A stretch of DNA of 57,790 nucleotides, filler included, from Gonapodya sp. JEL0774 (GCA_027604505.1; 3 parts of 3 records of this genome joined end to end with filler, not necessarily neighbours in it); one strand, 5' to 3'; numbered from the whole stretch's first letter, positions 23,324 through 36,549 are shown. Notes: generated by a model from the sequence alone, not told the origin. Translations and numbers: made by a program.

Positions 23324-23739
23324 GGTATGAGGCTTGCGATATATAGGCAAATGTTGGAAACGGTGCATTATAGGAACAACGCACCACAATTGGTCAAAAA
23401 TGGTTCATCTGTCCGTATTGCGTATATATTGAGCTATTATAGACAAATATAACATGACCTTGGATAGCGCTAGCAGCAAATATGCCATTCGGAAAGCACT
23501 CGGAACAAACGAGCACACCCTCTTCCCATGTTCTCTATCCCAAGTTGCCGAAATGAATCACCCAAGTGCTAACAAGTGTAAGCAGCTGTCTCGATAAATT
23601 CGGTTCCTTCTGAGCATTCTATTTTTGAATGTGTGTGGCTGTTTTCACCCCTTTCTCTTGGGTTCCCCCGCCCTCCCCACCCCCAGATCCACATCATCAC
23701 AGTTTTGCAAAGTTTTCTTGACCCGGATCCGTCAGTTCC

Positions 23740-26120
23740 ATGCCCCCTCGTATTCCGACCGGCACTGGCGGCACCGGATCGTCGTTGGGCGGACTCGATG
23801 GGATAGATGATCCAGCGTGGATGCCCAGAGAGATCAAATCAACACTCCCGCCATTGAAGCTGACGTTGCCCGACGACGACTCCAGTGGTCGATGGGTGCC
23901 ACCGAAGCCGAAACCCGATGTGGATTTGAGCTCCCTTCAATCAGCGGATATCCCGGGCGGACTTTATGTTGCCCTTGATTCCGTGGTGTCCTCTAACAAT
24001 CGATCCCAGGCAACCTACAACACCTTCGGGCCGGGCAGAGCTGGTGACCTTGTTGGGCAACAACTGGAATTAGAGTCGGACAAGGGAAAATTTAAAGATG
24101 ATGATGCCGGTGGACGAGATACGATGATGTGGATGCCCAGAGAGATCCCTTCGACATTGCCTCCCCTGAAACTCGAAGGCACTCGCTCTAAAGCTACGGG
24201 AAGCACGTCTAACACTATGTCTCGAGCGCCACTTCCAGCGGGACCTGCCGTTGCTGACCGCTCAGGGTCCGTTGTGACAGGAAAAGCGCAAACCACTCCC
24301 ACCTTCAATCCCCTCTCCATCCTGGACGAAGCCCTCAACGCTTATGCTTCAACAGCAATGTATGACCCCTCCATCATGTACGATATCCCCACGGAAGACC
24401 GAGGGGTCTACATCACGATGGCACCGCTCGCAGGCGGGGGTAAAAACGATTTTGGAACCATGGCTGGCACTGGCGTGATTGGAGGTACGATAGAACTTTA
24501 TGAGGACGCTAAAGGAGACACCACAGATGCGGACTGGGCACGGGCGGCTCAAGCAAAGGTTGGGTGGCGGACAGAAGTGGCTAAAGTCTCGAAGGCCACT
24601 GTTTCTGCAACAGCACCCGCGGCTGACGAAGCAAACGCTCCTATCCCTGCTCTCCCACCCCCCTGGGCTGTTCCCGTACTCCCTGGTACGGTGTCCAAAA
24701 GAGCTGCAGCAACATCTTCCTCCTCCTCGTCCTCCGGCACCACAGTCATTGCCACAACCAACAGCCAAACTCCGTCCATTAGCGCTCCAGCATCTTCCTC
24801 AGTTCTTGTGGATACTTTGATTCCGGTTGAACTGCCCACCACTCTCCCCCCGCTTCGTCTAGAAGTTCCGAAAGTGAACAAAACTCTTCCCGGCGAAACA
24901 GCCAACGCTTCGGGAACTCGCCCTGCACTCCCCGCCGGCTCAGCTATCAGTACGGCAAAGTCCACGTCATCTGGTGGAAGTTCTGGGACGACAACACAGC
25001 CGAAAACTGTACCAGTGATGCCATTTGATGCCGTGAATCACGACATACCAGATTTCGATCGAGGAGTATGTGGGTATCGCTGTCCTTTGCATGATGTCCA
25101 GAGAGGAACATTGTGTTCGGTTGTATTCACAGAGCTCAATCAATTATGATAGATATCGCACTTGCACCCCTCACAGAGGACCCGGAGGATGGTCTAGGAG
25201 CTGCAACTTCCGGTGATACATTTGGAGGGAACTATGGGCAGCATCTCGTCGGCCGTGCACTGGAAATGCTTCCGGACCAAGCGGCCAACTCGGGAAAGGG
25301 GAACATTGGTACACTTCGGGAGCAGGTGGAACGGGAAGCACGAGCACGCGAGGACGATCTTAACCGCGCATGGAGCCAAGCCAAATCGATGAGCAGCATG
25401 GGTGCGATCGGGTACGGTATCGCGTCTGCCGCTGATGCCGTCACTCCGTACGCCGAGTCATCGTTTACTCCAATCCGAGAAATCGCTACTACTGGCTCCG
25501 AGGAGTCTACAATGTCTGTTACAGAGGCCGCCGCTATGGCTGGATTCGGAGATGTGCCGAGAGGCCTGTACGTGCCGGTCAATCCCGGGAATCAGATGGC
25601 CAGAGAGGCTGTCAGCATGGTTGGGACAAAGATTTTCGACGACGATGGGGATTTAGGCGTCATGGATTCAACAAACACGATGACGAAATCGGAATTCGCA
25701 AGCGGTGTTACCAAGTCTTCGAACACTGCCGTTACTCCCGGATCCTCGGCCAAGCCCGTGCACGAAAGTTTCGACTTCCCCATGGTCTTCCCCCCACCCC
25801 CTTCTTTCACACCCCCCTCCTCTGCATCTAAGCAATCATCAACTTTTCCAACAGCACAAATCACCAATGTCAAACCACCACTCGCTCCGACCACGAGCTT
25901 CTCACAGAGCCAAAACCTGGTTCTGGTCGGTCTACCAGGAGCCTTCGTTCTTCCTGAGGAAACCATCGATCTGCCCGGTGACGTCCAATCGCGGGGCATG
26001 TATGTGAAGATTGGAGGGGATCAGGGTGATGCTGATGGTGGTGATGGTTTGGGATCAATAGATGGTGCTGGGGCAGATGTCAGTGGAGCGGTTGGGAGAA
26101 AACTTTCTATTGTGGGTTGA
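23740..26120 (+). CDS. Uncharacterised modular repeat protein (about 765 aa, 2 exons)
   Basis: ORFs 23740-25149 and 25113-26120 join through a GTGGGT..TAG intron (25070-25152), which restores DRGVYIALAP to match DRGVYITMAP earlier in the protein. Confidence 0.75.
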
Positions 26121-26448
26121 TGTTACTGAAGAGAACAAGGACTGATTACTCAATCTCAGCATATTGCAAGACGCGTGCGTCGTTAGCTCAGAGCAGCGAA
26201 TATGGTAACTTTTTATCTGCTGGTGTTGCACAACGTCAATATTCAGTCTGGGCATAATAAGAAGACTGTTGTATAATGTGAACTTACAGTAAGCCGGAAA
26301 ATTTAGACTTGTTCCTACCGGGCACAGATTGTAATGAAATCCATCCCATTAACGGTTCAAACTCGCTCTGGCAATCTCTCAGAAATGCACGCACTGGTGG
26401 GCAAAGTTTGCTCATTCTCAAACTCAATACGAGCATTGAGCTGATCGC

Positions 26449-27030
26449 ATGTTTCAGAATGTCACCGGAATGGATCACATCGTTTTGAACGTGTCTGATG
26501 TTGAGGTCTCGCTAAAGTGGTATAAGGAGGTGAGGAACTACCTAGCATCCCGCTGTCAAATAATTGTCTCATATCGAGCGTCATGTTAGAAACTTGGACT
26601 GAAAGGCGTCAGAGTGGAGGTGAGTTTTGATGGATTCATGTTGAGGTCTTCGCTTTATGCAGCACCACAGGAGTTCATCATTTCATAGGAATGGCGTGCC
26701 GGCAAAGTTCCATTTCCATCTGTTCGTCTCAGTAACGATACTATTATCGACTTCTTCTCGCACCGCACTGCTCCAGGCGCCACCGCTCCTGTGGTGAATG
26801 ATCCACGCAACCTGAACCACTTCTGCTTAGTCGTGGAGCCAACACGATTATCCAACCTCATCACCTCTGGTCACTTCTTGGAGAGTGAAATCGTCCAGCC
26901 ACCTTGTCGGCGATTCGGAGCGCGTGGGGATGGAACATCACTCTACGTTCGAGATCCTGATGGAAATGAAGTTGAAGTTCGTTATTACCCATGGAATCCA
27001 GATGACGTGGTTGTAGCAAACAGGCTTTAG
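26449..27030 (+). CDS. VOC/glyoxalase family protein, 3 exons
   Basis: MDHIVLNVSDVEVSLKWY-KLGLKGVRVE-EWRAGKVPFPSVR...NHFCLVVEP...RFGARG...YVRDPDGNEVEVRYY. Confidence 0.88.
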
Positions 27031-27273
27031 GAAACTCGAGAAACTTCTGCTATTGAGCCAATTTGTTTTTCAGAGGGATTCATGTGCACTCCTGACAACT
27101 CATGAGTATGTTTTCAAAACCGAACCCAAGAATAAATATTTGATTGTGAATACATGGGCAACTCACTACCTTATTATCAACGAATCTCGAACGGTAATTG
27201 TCATGTCAGGTACTGCCGGCGTCGGTATCTCACCAATATCGCACATCACTTCGCCTTCGGCACAATGCACCTC

Positions 27274-30200
27274 TCAAGTCCGCGATGTCGTGCGTCGCAG
27301 CTTAGTCGGTCGTCCTTTTCCTCCCGAGTCGCTAGAACTCCGTCCCGGTGCCCGAGATCCTTGTGCATCGAATCCGTGCGGTCCTATTCCCACGATCCGC
27401 TTCTTCGTGACCCGACCAGTGAGCGGATCAACGATAGGCTCACCGACGTTCTCATCCAGGGCGACATCATCCAGATCTCCCTCAATGTTTAGGCGGCTCC
27501 GAACAACTTCCGAGAGTGTGTTCCCGAATATCAATACCGGCGAGTCTTCACTTCCTCGAATGTCCCGTCGATCTTTTTCCGTGATCCTGTCCAGGGGTAC
27601 ATCACTTGTTCCAGCTCGAGAGTCATCATAGTCCGTTAACCGCTCATATGATCGGGATGTTGCAGCACCCTGCCAGTCACTTTTCCGACCATGCACGGAT
27701 GGAATCTTGAGAGCCGGCATGGTGGATCTTAGCTCTCGTGGCTTCCAATGAGATAAATCAATCTTTTTCAGAGCCTCAAACTCAGCGATATCTGGTGAGA
27801 AGCCAGTTAAATTTTAAATGCAAACCCGCTATATTGAGTACATCCTCACCTTCCGCGTTCCACACGGAACTGAGCAGACCGTCCGCTCCCACTGCACTAT
27901 CCTTGCCCTTTCCTTCCATGACCGCATGCTTTGCACGGTCAAGAACCTTTTTTTGTTTCGCTTCGTCCGTGTCGCTTTTGGAACCATGCCCGCGCATCGA
28001 TATTGGTGTCTCTGGTGAAGTCGGACTCAGAGCCGCGGAAGCTATCATCTCTTGATACTCAGACTCGTCTTCTCTATCAAACCATTCTCGCCAGACTGGA
28101 ATACCCAGGTGTTTCAGTATTCGCGGCGTCCGGGTACGATACTCCAGATGACTCGAAACAATATCAGAGAGGTCGACATTTTCAATGAGAGGAACATCCA
28201 AGATCGGACACAGACCAGCGATGTTGCGGAGGCGAATGAGACTTGCAGAACTGTTTGATGCCAAAAATGAACCATCAGGACGAATGTGAACCGGGTGCCA
28301 CGGAGGGTCGCCATTAATTCTATACACGAACGGGCGTCATACCACTTACCGGTACAGAAGTCCGAGAATCCAGTCCTCCTCGATGAAGCCGTTCACAAAC
28401 CTACCACAGACAGCTGCCCGACATCTTTCCCATTCGTGTCGGGTTGCGACGACGGGTGATCCGAAGATAAAAGCATCCTCAACAAGATCAAAGTGTCCTC
28501 GCTCTGCAAGTTCCAGCAGGCAGTAGAAAATAACTCGTCCCCCAATGGAGGACCCAATGAGGGTAACGGGGCGGCCACCTTGAGCACGCGCGATGAGTGC
28601 ATCTGCCATGAGCTGTGGTTCGAGGAAGCGTTGACGTGCATGTCGAGTAAAGATTTGACTTCCAAACACTCACGAGACCGGCCTTTTTACCCTTCTCCAG
28701 AGCTCGCGCCCATGGATTGTCTACCAAGTATCCGAGCTTGAGGACGGTTTGAGGCAAGGTGAGGCCGTTCATGAGAATACTCAGGACGGTGACGTTGAGA
28801 ATTTGTGATACACCGAAGCTGATGACTTCTGACGCAAGCATAGTAAACGCGTTTCCGAGATTGCGAAGCGTTTCTGGATCCCACTGGAGAGCGTAAAGCT
28901 CCCCCATGGCACCCGGCTGTATCAGAGACCATGGTTTGGTGTAGTCTGACTCGCCTACCACAAGCGTTCCTGAAATGCAGATAGTTACAGCCGGGTGTCG
29001 GCGTGGATGCCAAACAAGAGGCGGAGCCGTTGGTGTGAAGCCGTCGAGCAATCTCAGTGGAGGTTGAGCTACTTCTCCCGCCATGTGTGCATTGAGTGAA
29101 TTTTCGGAGGGATTTCGAGAATGTTTGTGCTCTATTACCGGTGTGATCTTAGCAACATTTGCCAGCGTCGCCAAGTCCACGTCATCGTCATCTTTCGCAA
29201 CCTGTGTGCTGTCATCTGTGAGGGAAGGCTGAACCTTTCGTACAGGGCTGGCTTTCTTCTTCGACTCCTTTTCAAGCTGCTGCTTTTCCTTCTTCCACAA
29301 TTCCTCCTCTTCTTCAGCTTCCTTCTTGCCCCAAACCAATTGGTACGGTAGAATGCTGATCACAATGAAGTCGTCCACCGCGGCTATTCGATTTCTCATT
29401 TTCCGCCCAATTGATCCTCCACCTACGACAGCACCGGCTCCCCCGATGATGGCCATACCAGTTGTTCCACCTAGCACAGTGGCTGCTCCGCTGACACCCA
29501 TGAAACCAAATATGGCGGTGAGGCCCAAACCAATCATAGGGGCGACGGCGGCTGCAGTGAGCCCGACTGCGACACCCCCACCGATCGCGGCCATGGTGGT
29601 AAAAGCCAAACGACGATTTGCTGCACGTTGAGATCTCGAAGCAACCAAATCCGTAGGAAGAGCGAGCGTCCTCGGCGCTAGTGCATCCATATCTCTTCCG
29701 TCCTCCTTCGAGCCTGACGGATGTTCCGACACTCCAATCTGCGAGGGCGGCGAAGTTTCAGGAGCACTTACAGCATCGGCACTTTGGACTTCCCATTCCA
29801 CCTCACCCATCTCCTCCAATACACTCAACTCTTCACACAAGGCACCCTCCAACTCCGTGACCTCCCCGTCTTTGACACCCACATAGCTGGCAAAACTCCT
29901 CAGAAGGTGCCGAGAGCGAGCTGAGTATCCAAGACCGTCAATTATGCAGATAAGAAAGAGGTGCGAGAGTAGACTTGTAGCGGGGGAGTCTGGTGATACA
30001 GCTGAGGCAGGGCGAGTCAAGGGTAGTTGCGATGGCACGGAAGGAGTGGATAGTGTGGCACCATGGATCGTTTCTGGGGGTGCCGATGAGTACGCAGGAG
30101 GAGGTGTGTTGTTACGATGGACTGGGTTCGAGGCTTCAGGACCAAGTGCTGTCGGTCCCATCAGTCCTAAAGAAATGCCTGTACTTCCATTGAAATTTTC

Positions 30201-32866
30201 ATCAACAGTTTCCAGTGGTAATGACAGATCCCCTGGATCGAAGGCATATAAAGTTTCATTAAAACCGTTCGCGGTGCTACATTGCTCCGCACTCTCCACT
30301 TTCGGGGTCTCTTGTTCCGAATGAGGTGCCACAACCGTAGAGGGAGGTCGAAGCTCCTCGTCGTCCCCCTGAATCTCGATTCCCATCAAAGCCATCGCCA
30401 CCCTCTCAGACTTAGTCCACTTTCGATTATGCCTGGTTGTCGGCAGCACGTCAGATTCATCTGTAGCACTTGTGTCTCCGTCATCATCGAGCCTAGACGG
30501 GGTTGTTCCCTTGTCCTGCCCGATCCTGCCCTGGAGTACTGCTTCCACCCCTACACCGACTTTCGCTTCATCTTGTGTCATCTCAGATAAGTCGACGTGT
30601 GTTTGTGTAGCGATAAGATCGTCATTGTCGTCCACTCCGGAAAGTTCACTCTTATTTCCTACTTCCTGAGCTCGAGAGCCGGCTTCTCTCAATAGAGCAG
30701 CGGCGAGATCTTCGGGGCGTACTTGGTGTTCCAGCAGTGTTGGAAGAAGAAGCGTATCTGCAACACAACACCAAAAAAACGTAGTTTAGCCTCAGTGCAA
30801 TTACTGCGAACCATTCAAAGGAAATCGGCTCACCGCGCTCCTCGATACCAATCCAAGCAACTATTTTCTTAACCAAGAGTGCCGCCCAGGAATCGTATTG
30901 TTCCAGCGCTTTCCGAAGCACATCTCGGGCCCGCCTGTCCGCACCCGAGAGCTTTGTGGGTCCCTGTTTGAGAGAGGGGAGACGTTTGAGGATAGGAGGG
31001 GCTGAAGACGACGTAGCAAATGCGGGGGAGGACTGAATATGCTCAGCTGGATGAACAGGTAGTGGCGCTTGTAAGTCGACGTTTGGAGGTACCGGGGGTA
31101 GAGGGTGGTCGTCCACGAGCGATCCCGAGTTGTTCCGTTGCTCACTCGACTGCGTTTCGGTATCCAGAAGAACTGGTGGCAAGTCATTGTCATGTGTGGC
31201 GTTCGTTGTCTCCATATTCACTTTTTCCAAACTTTCGAAAACTTGCGTGGATCTGCTCCCTGCACTCGCATCTAGGTCCGTTTCCGGTAAAGCATCACTC
31301 AAGTCCGTCGCAGTTGTCACCTCAGTAGCAATTGTTCTTTCGTTCTCTTCTGGAACCCCATTCAAACTAATCCAGGAGCCGGCTCCGTGTGCACTTCCAG
31401 GTGTCGATTGCCTTCTCGTGGCAGTCTCTGCCATCGGCAAGGGATAGAAACCTTCCTTCCAACCATACGTTTGAAGTTTCGCGCTCAGTTCTCGGCGACG
31501 AAGGTGGACAAGCAGGTAGATGAGGGAGAGATAGGCCAGCTGAAAGCTCGAGCGGTGAACTAATGAGGAGAGTCATCACTAACCTCCGCGCAGCCAGAAA
31601 ACTCACCTTCTCACCGTCCCCCCATCCCTCCTGCAGCTCCGCTACCTTAACAGCTTTACTTTTTCCTCTCCTCTTGGCCCGGGTCCCCGCATCCGTCCTC
31701 ACTTCTGCGTCATCCTCGCGAACGAGCTGTTCGAGCGTTGCCGCAGAAATCTGAGAGAGCGGAGCGAATTTAGATGTAGGGGAAGGCGGAAGGGGTTTAT
31801 AAGTTGGTGGGGAGGAGAGAGACGGAGGCAGAGCAGACGCTGGGGTGGAGCGGGATGGAACCGGGTAAGGTGTTTGAAACGGCGTTACGGCAGGAAATGC
31901 GGACGAGGTGCTGGGCGTGGAGGGTCCAGAACCGATGGACGAGAGCGTTGGTTTTACTGTATCCAGCTCTGCAGCAGACGTCGTGGCGGACTTGAATCCC
32001 GTACTGACGAGTAATCTTTGCAAACCATTCACGAACTCGGCGGTGTTGGACTTGGGTTTCCGCCCCGTGACTCCTGGGATTTCCCCAGAGCGTGCAGCGG
32101 CGACTTGAGCACGTATCTTGGATGCGGTGAGATACTTTGGCCAAGAAGGGGTAGGTGTCGACGAATCAATACCATGTGCAGATAATGCGCCAGTACTCGT
32201 AGAAGGATCGGGAGGGATGCCGAGACGATCATTCACATCATCGAATCGTGGCTTCGGAATTTCCCGAAGGAGGGTGGGTAAGTTGCGGGAATGAAAACCT
32301 GGGGCAGAAGAGACCACGGAGGGCGACGGTGACCGGGAGATGGGGGGCGAAGGCGCTGCCAAGGTGAATGTCGCGGCGCCGGAATGGAGAGCGCCACGCT
32401 GAGCTGTGCGAATGTGGCGGGCAAATTCGGGCTGGGCTGGCTCGGAGTCAGATGGGGTGGAAGTGAATGCGGTGTTCGAGCGCAGCAGAGACGTGGAGGG
32501 TAGCCCTGATAGTGAACGGGAGTGACGCGGAGATCGGGGAGCATGATGTGGGGAATGCATGAGCGAAGGAGCTGTTGATCGAGAATTTGCCGGGAGAGTT
32601 CCCAGGGAGACAGCGAAAAAGGGGGCGTTGGGTTGGGGTGTTGTTCCTGGTGCCAAACCAGGCGGAGTCGGAAGAGAATCAGATGAGTTATTATGTGGAT
32701 ATGAAGAGGCAGAATATCCAGGCCCCGAATTGACGGGTGGCGGTGTGTTTTGAGGATTCGCAGGTCCATATGTGCGTGTCCTACGAGTTCGGGCAAGTGG
32801 CACAGGGAGTGGGTATGTGAACGCAGACGGGTCCGATGGAGCAGTTGAGTAGGAAGCAGGAGTCAT
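27274..32866 (-). CDS. DUF726 family alpha/beta-hydrolase-like membrane protein (TMCO4/Mil1-like), multi-exon
   Basis: YSARSRHLL, Gly-rich membrane region AIGGGVAVGLTAAAVAP, LVDNPW...KAG, RPVTLIGSSIGGRVIFYCL, FVNGF...DWILGLLYR and SHLEY. The long low-complexity 5' exons and the start are uncertain. Confidence 0.85.
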
Positions 32867-33623
32867 GTCCAAGGGTTTGGACGATGACGAAAGCGAAGGA
32901 CTGGACAAGTTTCTGCAACAGCTTTTGTCAACGTGATGCCCAGTCAGCGGTAACGTTCGGCCGATTGTTGGAGCCACTCACTGAGGTTCAAGCATCCCTA
33001 TTTCTGCATTCACGAATTCCACTCCTGCTCCTGTCGCCGCTGCAGTGTAACCCGCCTCTGCTCTGAACGAGCCCACGCGACCAGCAACTCTCCACTCTCC
33101 GTTCGCAGCACTGAAATCTCCTTTATTGGAAGGATACCGTTCTGTCCTCGGCGGAGAATGGGACTTCTGGCCATCTGCGGTCTCGAGTATGGTGTTGACA
33201 CCGTCAGTCATGATCCTCCAAGTGAAAAACGACTGACTTCTGTTGCCCTCCGTCGCCTTCCACTGACGTGTCGGTGCCTGGAAAAGTCGTCCACTCTGCA
33301 AATTGGACTAGTGGACGTCTGACTCTCTACCGCGCAAGCTTGCGGAAATCGACTGTTTCCGGGGGACCAGCTTGCACCACTATGAGCCACTACACACCGC
33401 AACCCCACAACCACATGACGCATAATCAACTTGGAACGCTAAAGTCCGATCAGAACACAATTCGTATTGTCGAGGAATTACATCATATATCTTCAGTGCA
33501 TAGCTAAACAGACGGAATCACAAATTCTTCCTTGTTGCCTGCATACAGTCTCATGCCAGCCTAAAGACTCATGCAAAACTTCCTGCCACAAAAGGTCGAT
33601 AACTATCTTGACCCCCCTTGCGG

Positions 33624-35055
33624 TTAAGCAGTTTGAGCGGTGGCCGGTTGCGTTAGGTACACCTTGTTCCCACTGGGATCGATGACCAGACCAGTCACAC
33701 CATCTGTGAGACGGATCCATGCGGAAACACCAACATAGTTTAGTTGAGCTTAACATTGCTGAGCTAGGCCACTTGCACCGACACAAAATACGTACATTTC
33801 GGATCGCCCCTCCGGAATCCGTCTACCACCGAGCCACCAACACCTGCCTCCCGAATTTTGTGCTCGATCTCTTCAATGCTATTCACTGTGATGTGCATGT
33901 GGATGTTCGATGCAGCCTGGCCACCGCCTGTGCCGTTTGTCGAAGGGACTTTGGGAAGTTCCCACATTCCCCCGTTCACAGTCACATGAGTGAGGTCGGG
34001 GGAGCCTGGTGGGTGGGTTGTAAAAATATTCGAGATACGGAGGTAAGACGTAGATTACTGATACTCCGGTATCAACAACTCTCTGATGACAAGTCCACCT
34101 CATCATACCGATGAGTGTGCCTCAGCGAAGCGTCTGCATGTCCGCAAAGTCACCATCCGTGTACGAGCACAAACTCAACTCACCTGCGATGGCTCTGTCA
34201 CCCCCCCACGTCCAGATCCAGTAACCTCCCATGTCCATCCAGGTCCACCCAAACACCTTTTCATAAAAGGACCTCATGTGTGCCGTCGGATCCCCAGCGC
34301 TTCCAGTTGACGGTGCATACGGCAACTCGACATGTGCGATCATGGCACCATCACCTGGACCCGGCGCACCCAAGTGTCGGCGCATCATATCCATCGAGCC
34401 GGGTTGGTAGAGATACATCGGTGTTCCCAATGGGTCGATGAAAGCCGCATTAGAGCCTCCAGATGGGTCAGTTGGGATCTGTTCGAGAGAAACAAGGGTT
34501 TGGCGTTGGATGTTCCTCCTCGACAACGCTTACCGTAGGGAGGTGACTCACCGCAAGTTTGCTCTGCACGGTTTTTCCCCCAAGGTTTTCAATTTCAAGG
34601 AGCTTGGCGTCGATGTCTTCCACACATAAGTAAAGGCGGAAGCTTTCTTCTAACGGATGAGCGACTGATGCCTTGGTGTCAGTCTTGTGGAATCCACCAC
34701 AGGTGAGGAGACGGCCTATTCAGGGAGGGATCGAGTTCGCAAGACATAATGGAATTGCAACTTAAAGAACACATACTCGGCGATGCCCTCAAGATGGTGC
34801 GGTTGCGGAACTCACCTTGAGTTTTCTCCTTTGCATCGGTACTCCACAGCAGCATGTCCTGGTACTTCTCGTCAAACGAGAACACCCTCCAGCCGAAGAC
34901 AGACTCATAGAATGATTTGGCTACAGATAGGTCCTGGTGAGTGAACAGAGATGAGCGATTTGCGATTACTATGCAAAGTGAATAAAGGGTTATGTCTTGT
35001 TGCCGCCGCTCACCGAGACAGGAATCCAAAAGTTCAAACGGCTAATTTGCGGCAT
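33624..35055 (-). CDS. Two-domain VOC/glyoxalase-like protein, multi-exon
   Basis: MPQISRLNFWIPVS-DLSVAKSFYESVFGW...LYLCVEDIDA...GGK...FIDPLGT, then HVELP...FYEKVFGW...ITVNSIEE...IDPSGNKVYL*. Confidence 0.8.
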
Positions 35056-35267
35056 TTTGAACAACCCGATGAGAGCAGTTCTCTGAGCTATTTGCAATCC
35101 GTTGAGCACAATCACTCCCCACCGGTGGTCTAGTTTATGACATCGTTGCTGCCGGAGGTTCCCGGGTTGATGCGCTCCTCACCTTGGCATATTTATATTT
35201 CAATGTTGATCCGCGAACAAAGCACACCTCACGTACAAAAAAAAAAAGAATAACAAGACGCTCCCAG

Positions 35268-36335
35268 ATGTGGTTTCCCCTCTCCATCGCCATCGCAGTC
35301 TGCATGATGGCACTCGACCTAATTACAACTCGGACGGTAGCACAGTCGCAAGCACAGGATTGCGCACCGTTCGAGCGACTCTTCAATCAATCGGGCCGGT
35401 CGTATGACTGGCAGACAGGCGCCTGCTGTGCGTCGCGGTTGTATTTCACCTGTGCATCAGCGCGGGTGACCGAGGCAAAGCTGCCGTACTCCATCAATCT
35501 CTTCTGGCGTCTGGAGGGACCTTTTCCGGACTTATCTGGACTCACCGAACTGCAATTTCTGGATCTATCTGGCCACCGGCTCAGTGGACCGCTGCCGGCT
35601 TCCATTGGGAGGCTCACCAACCTCACCATCCTTGACATTTCCGGTAACAATATCAATGGCACTATTCCCCCCTTATCAGGACTGACAAGTCTTGAGGAAC
35701 TCCAACTCCCTCGCAACAGGTTCTCAGGACAGATACCATCTCTTGCGGGACTATCCACACTGTTGAATATTGACCTCAGTAGCAACTTACTCAGCGGTGA
35801 AATACCGCCTCTCACTTCTCTTGAAGGATTGTTAGCCCTTGACTTATCGAACAACTCTTTGACTGGGCCATTTCCAGACCTATCAAACTCGCCCGGACTC
35901 AATTATGTGCGCCTTTCGATGAACAACCTATCAGGAAACATGGACTGCCGCATCCCCCCTTATTTCAGAATTTCTTCTGAATGCGCAATTACAGACTTTA
36001 CGACCAATACGGGTCTCTACACGTGTGCTAATAAACTTCCAGACTTGTGCTTGCGAGACGTGCCCAAGGGCCCATCATCTGTATGTGATGCCGCAGCAAA
36101 CAGCGTGACCTGTCCTCCAGCTCCTCCTCCACCGTATTCTTATCCCCCGCCTCCAACACCAGCACTCTCACCTCCGCCACCACCAACGTCGTCTTCTTCC
36201 AGCTTCGACACAGTTTCAACGTCCTCAGCAGTTGGTGACCGCATCGTCGGAAGGGCAGTTGGTAGGGCCGTTGCAGGCATCGTGGGCCTCGTCATTATCA
36301 TCGCCGTGGTTGTCATGCGGAACAACGCGAACTAA
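35268..36335 (+). CDS. Secreted or surface LRR protein (receptor-like, no kinase)
   Basis: Signal peptide, Cys cap, about 6 LxxLxLSxNxLSGxIP repeats, Pro/Ser stalk and a C-terminal hydrophobic helix; intronless. Confidence 0.88.
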   Translation: MWFPLSIAIAVCMMALDLITTRTVAQSQAQDCAPFERLFNQSGRSYDWQTGACCASRLYFTCASARVTEAKLPYSINLFWRLEGPFPDLSGLTELQFLDLSGHRLSGPLPASIGRLTNLTILDISGNNINGTIPPLSGLTSLEELQLPRNRFSGQIPSLAGLSTLLNIDLSSNLLSGEIPPLTSLEGLLALDLSNNSLTGPFPDLSNSPGLNYVRLSMNNLSGNMDCRIPPYFRISSECAITDFTTNTGLYTCANKLPDLCLRDVPKGPSSVCDAAANSVTCPPAPPPPYSYPPPPTPALSPPPPPTSSSSSFDTVSTSSAVGDRIVGRAVGRAVAGIVGLVIIIAVVVMRNNAN

Positions 36336-36549
36336 CTAACGCGACCAACTCTCGACCTCCGCCTCACCAACCCACATACACTGATGGGCGGATAAAAGTC
36401 CGGACACCCTTGTCACCAAAAACGACTGTCCAATCGTCCGATGTGTCAAAACGCCCCACTGCCAACACAGGAGAACTCCGTCAGATGCCCGAAAGGAAGT
36501 ACAAAGAACAGGTGAGTTATCATATACTGGAAAATCTTTTGGAACAAAT

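Noticed and set aside
24015..32753. Long antisense ORFs over the repeat-protein and DUF726 genes
   Set aside because: They are shadow frames of GC-rich coding sequence on the opposite strand.
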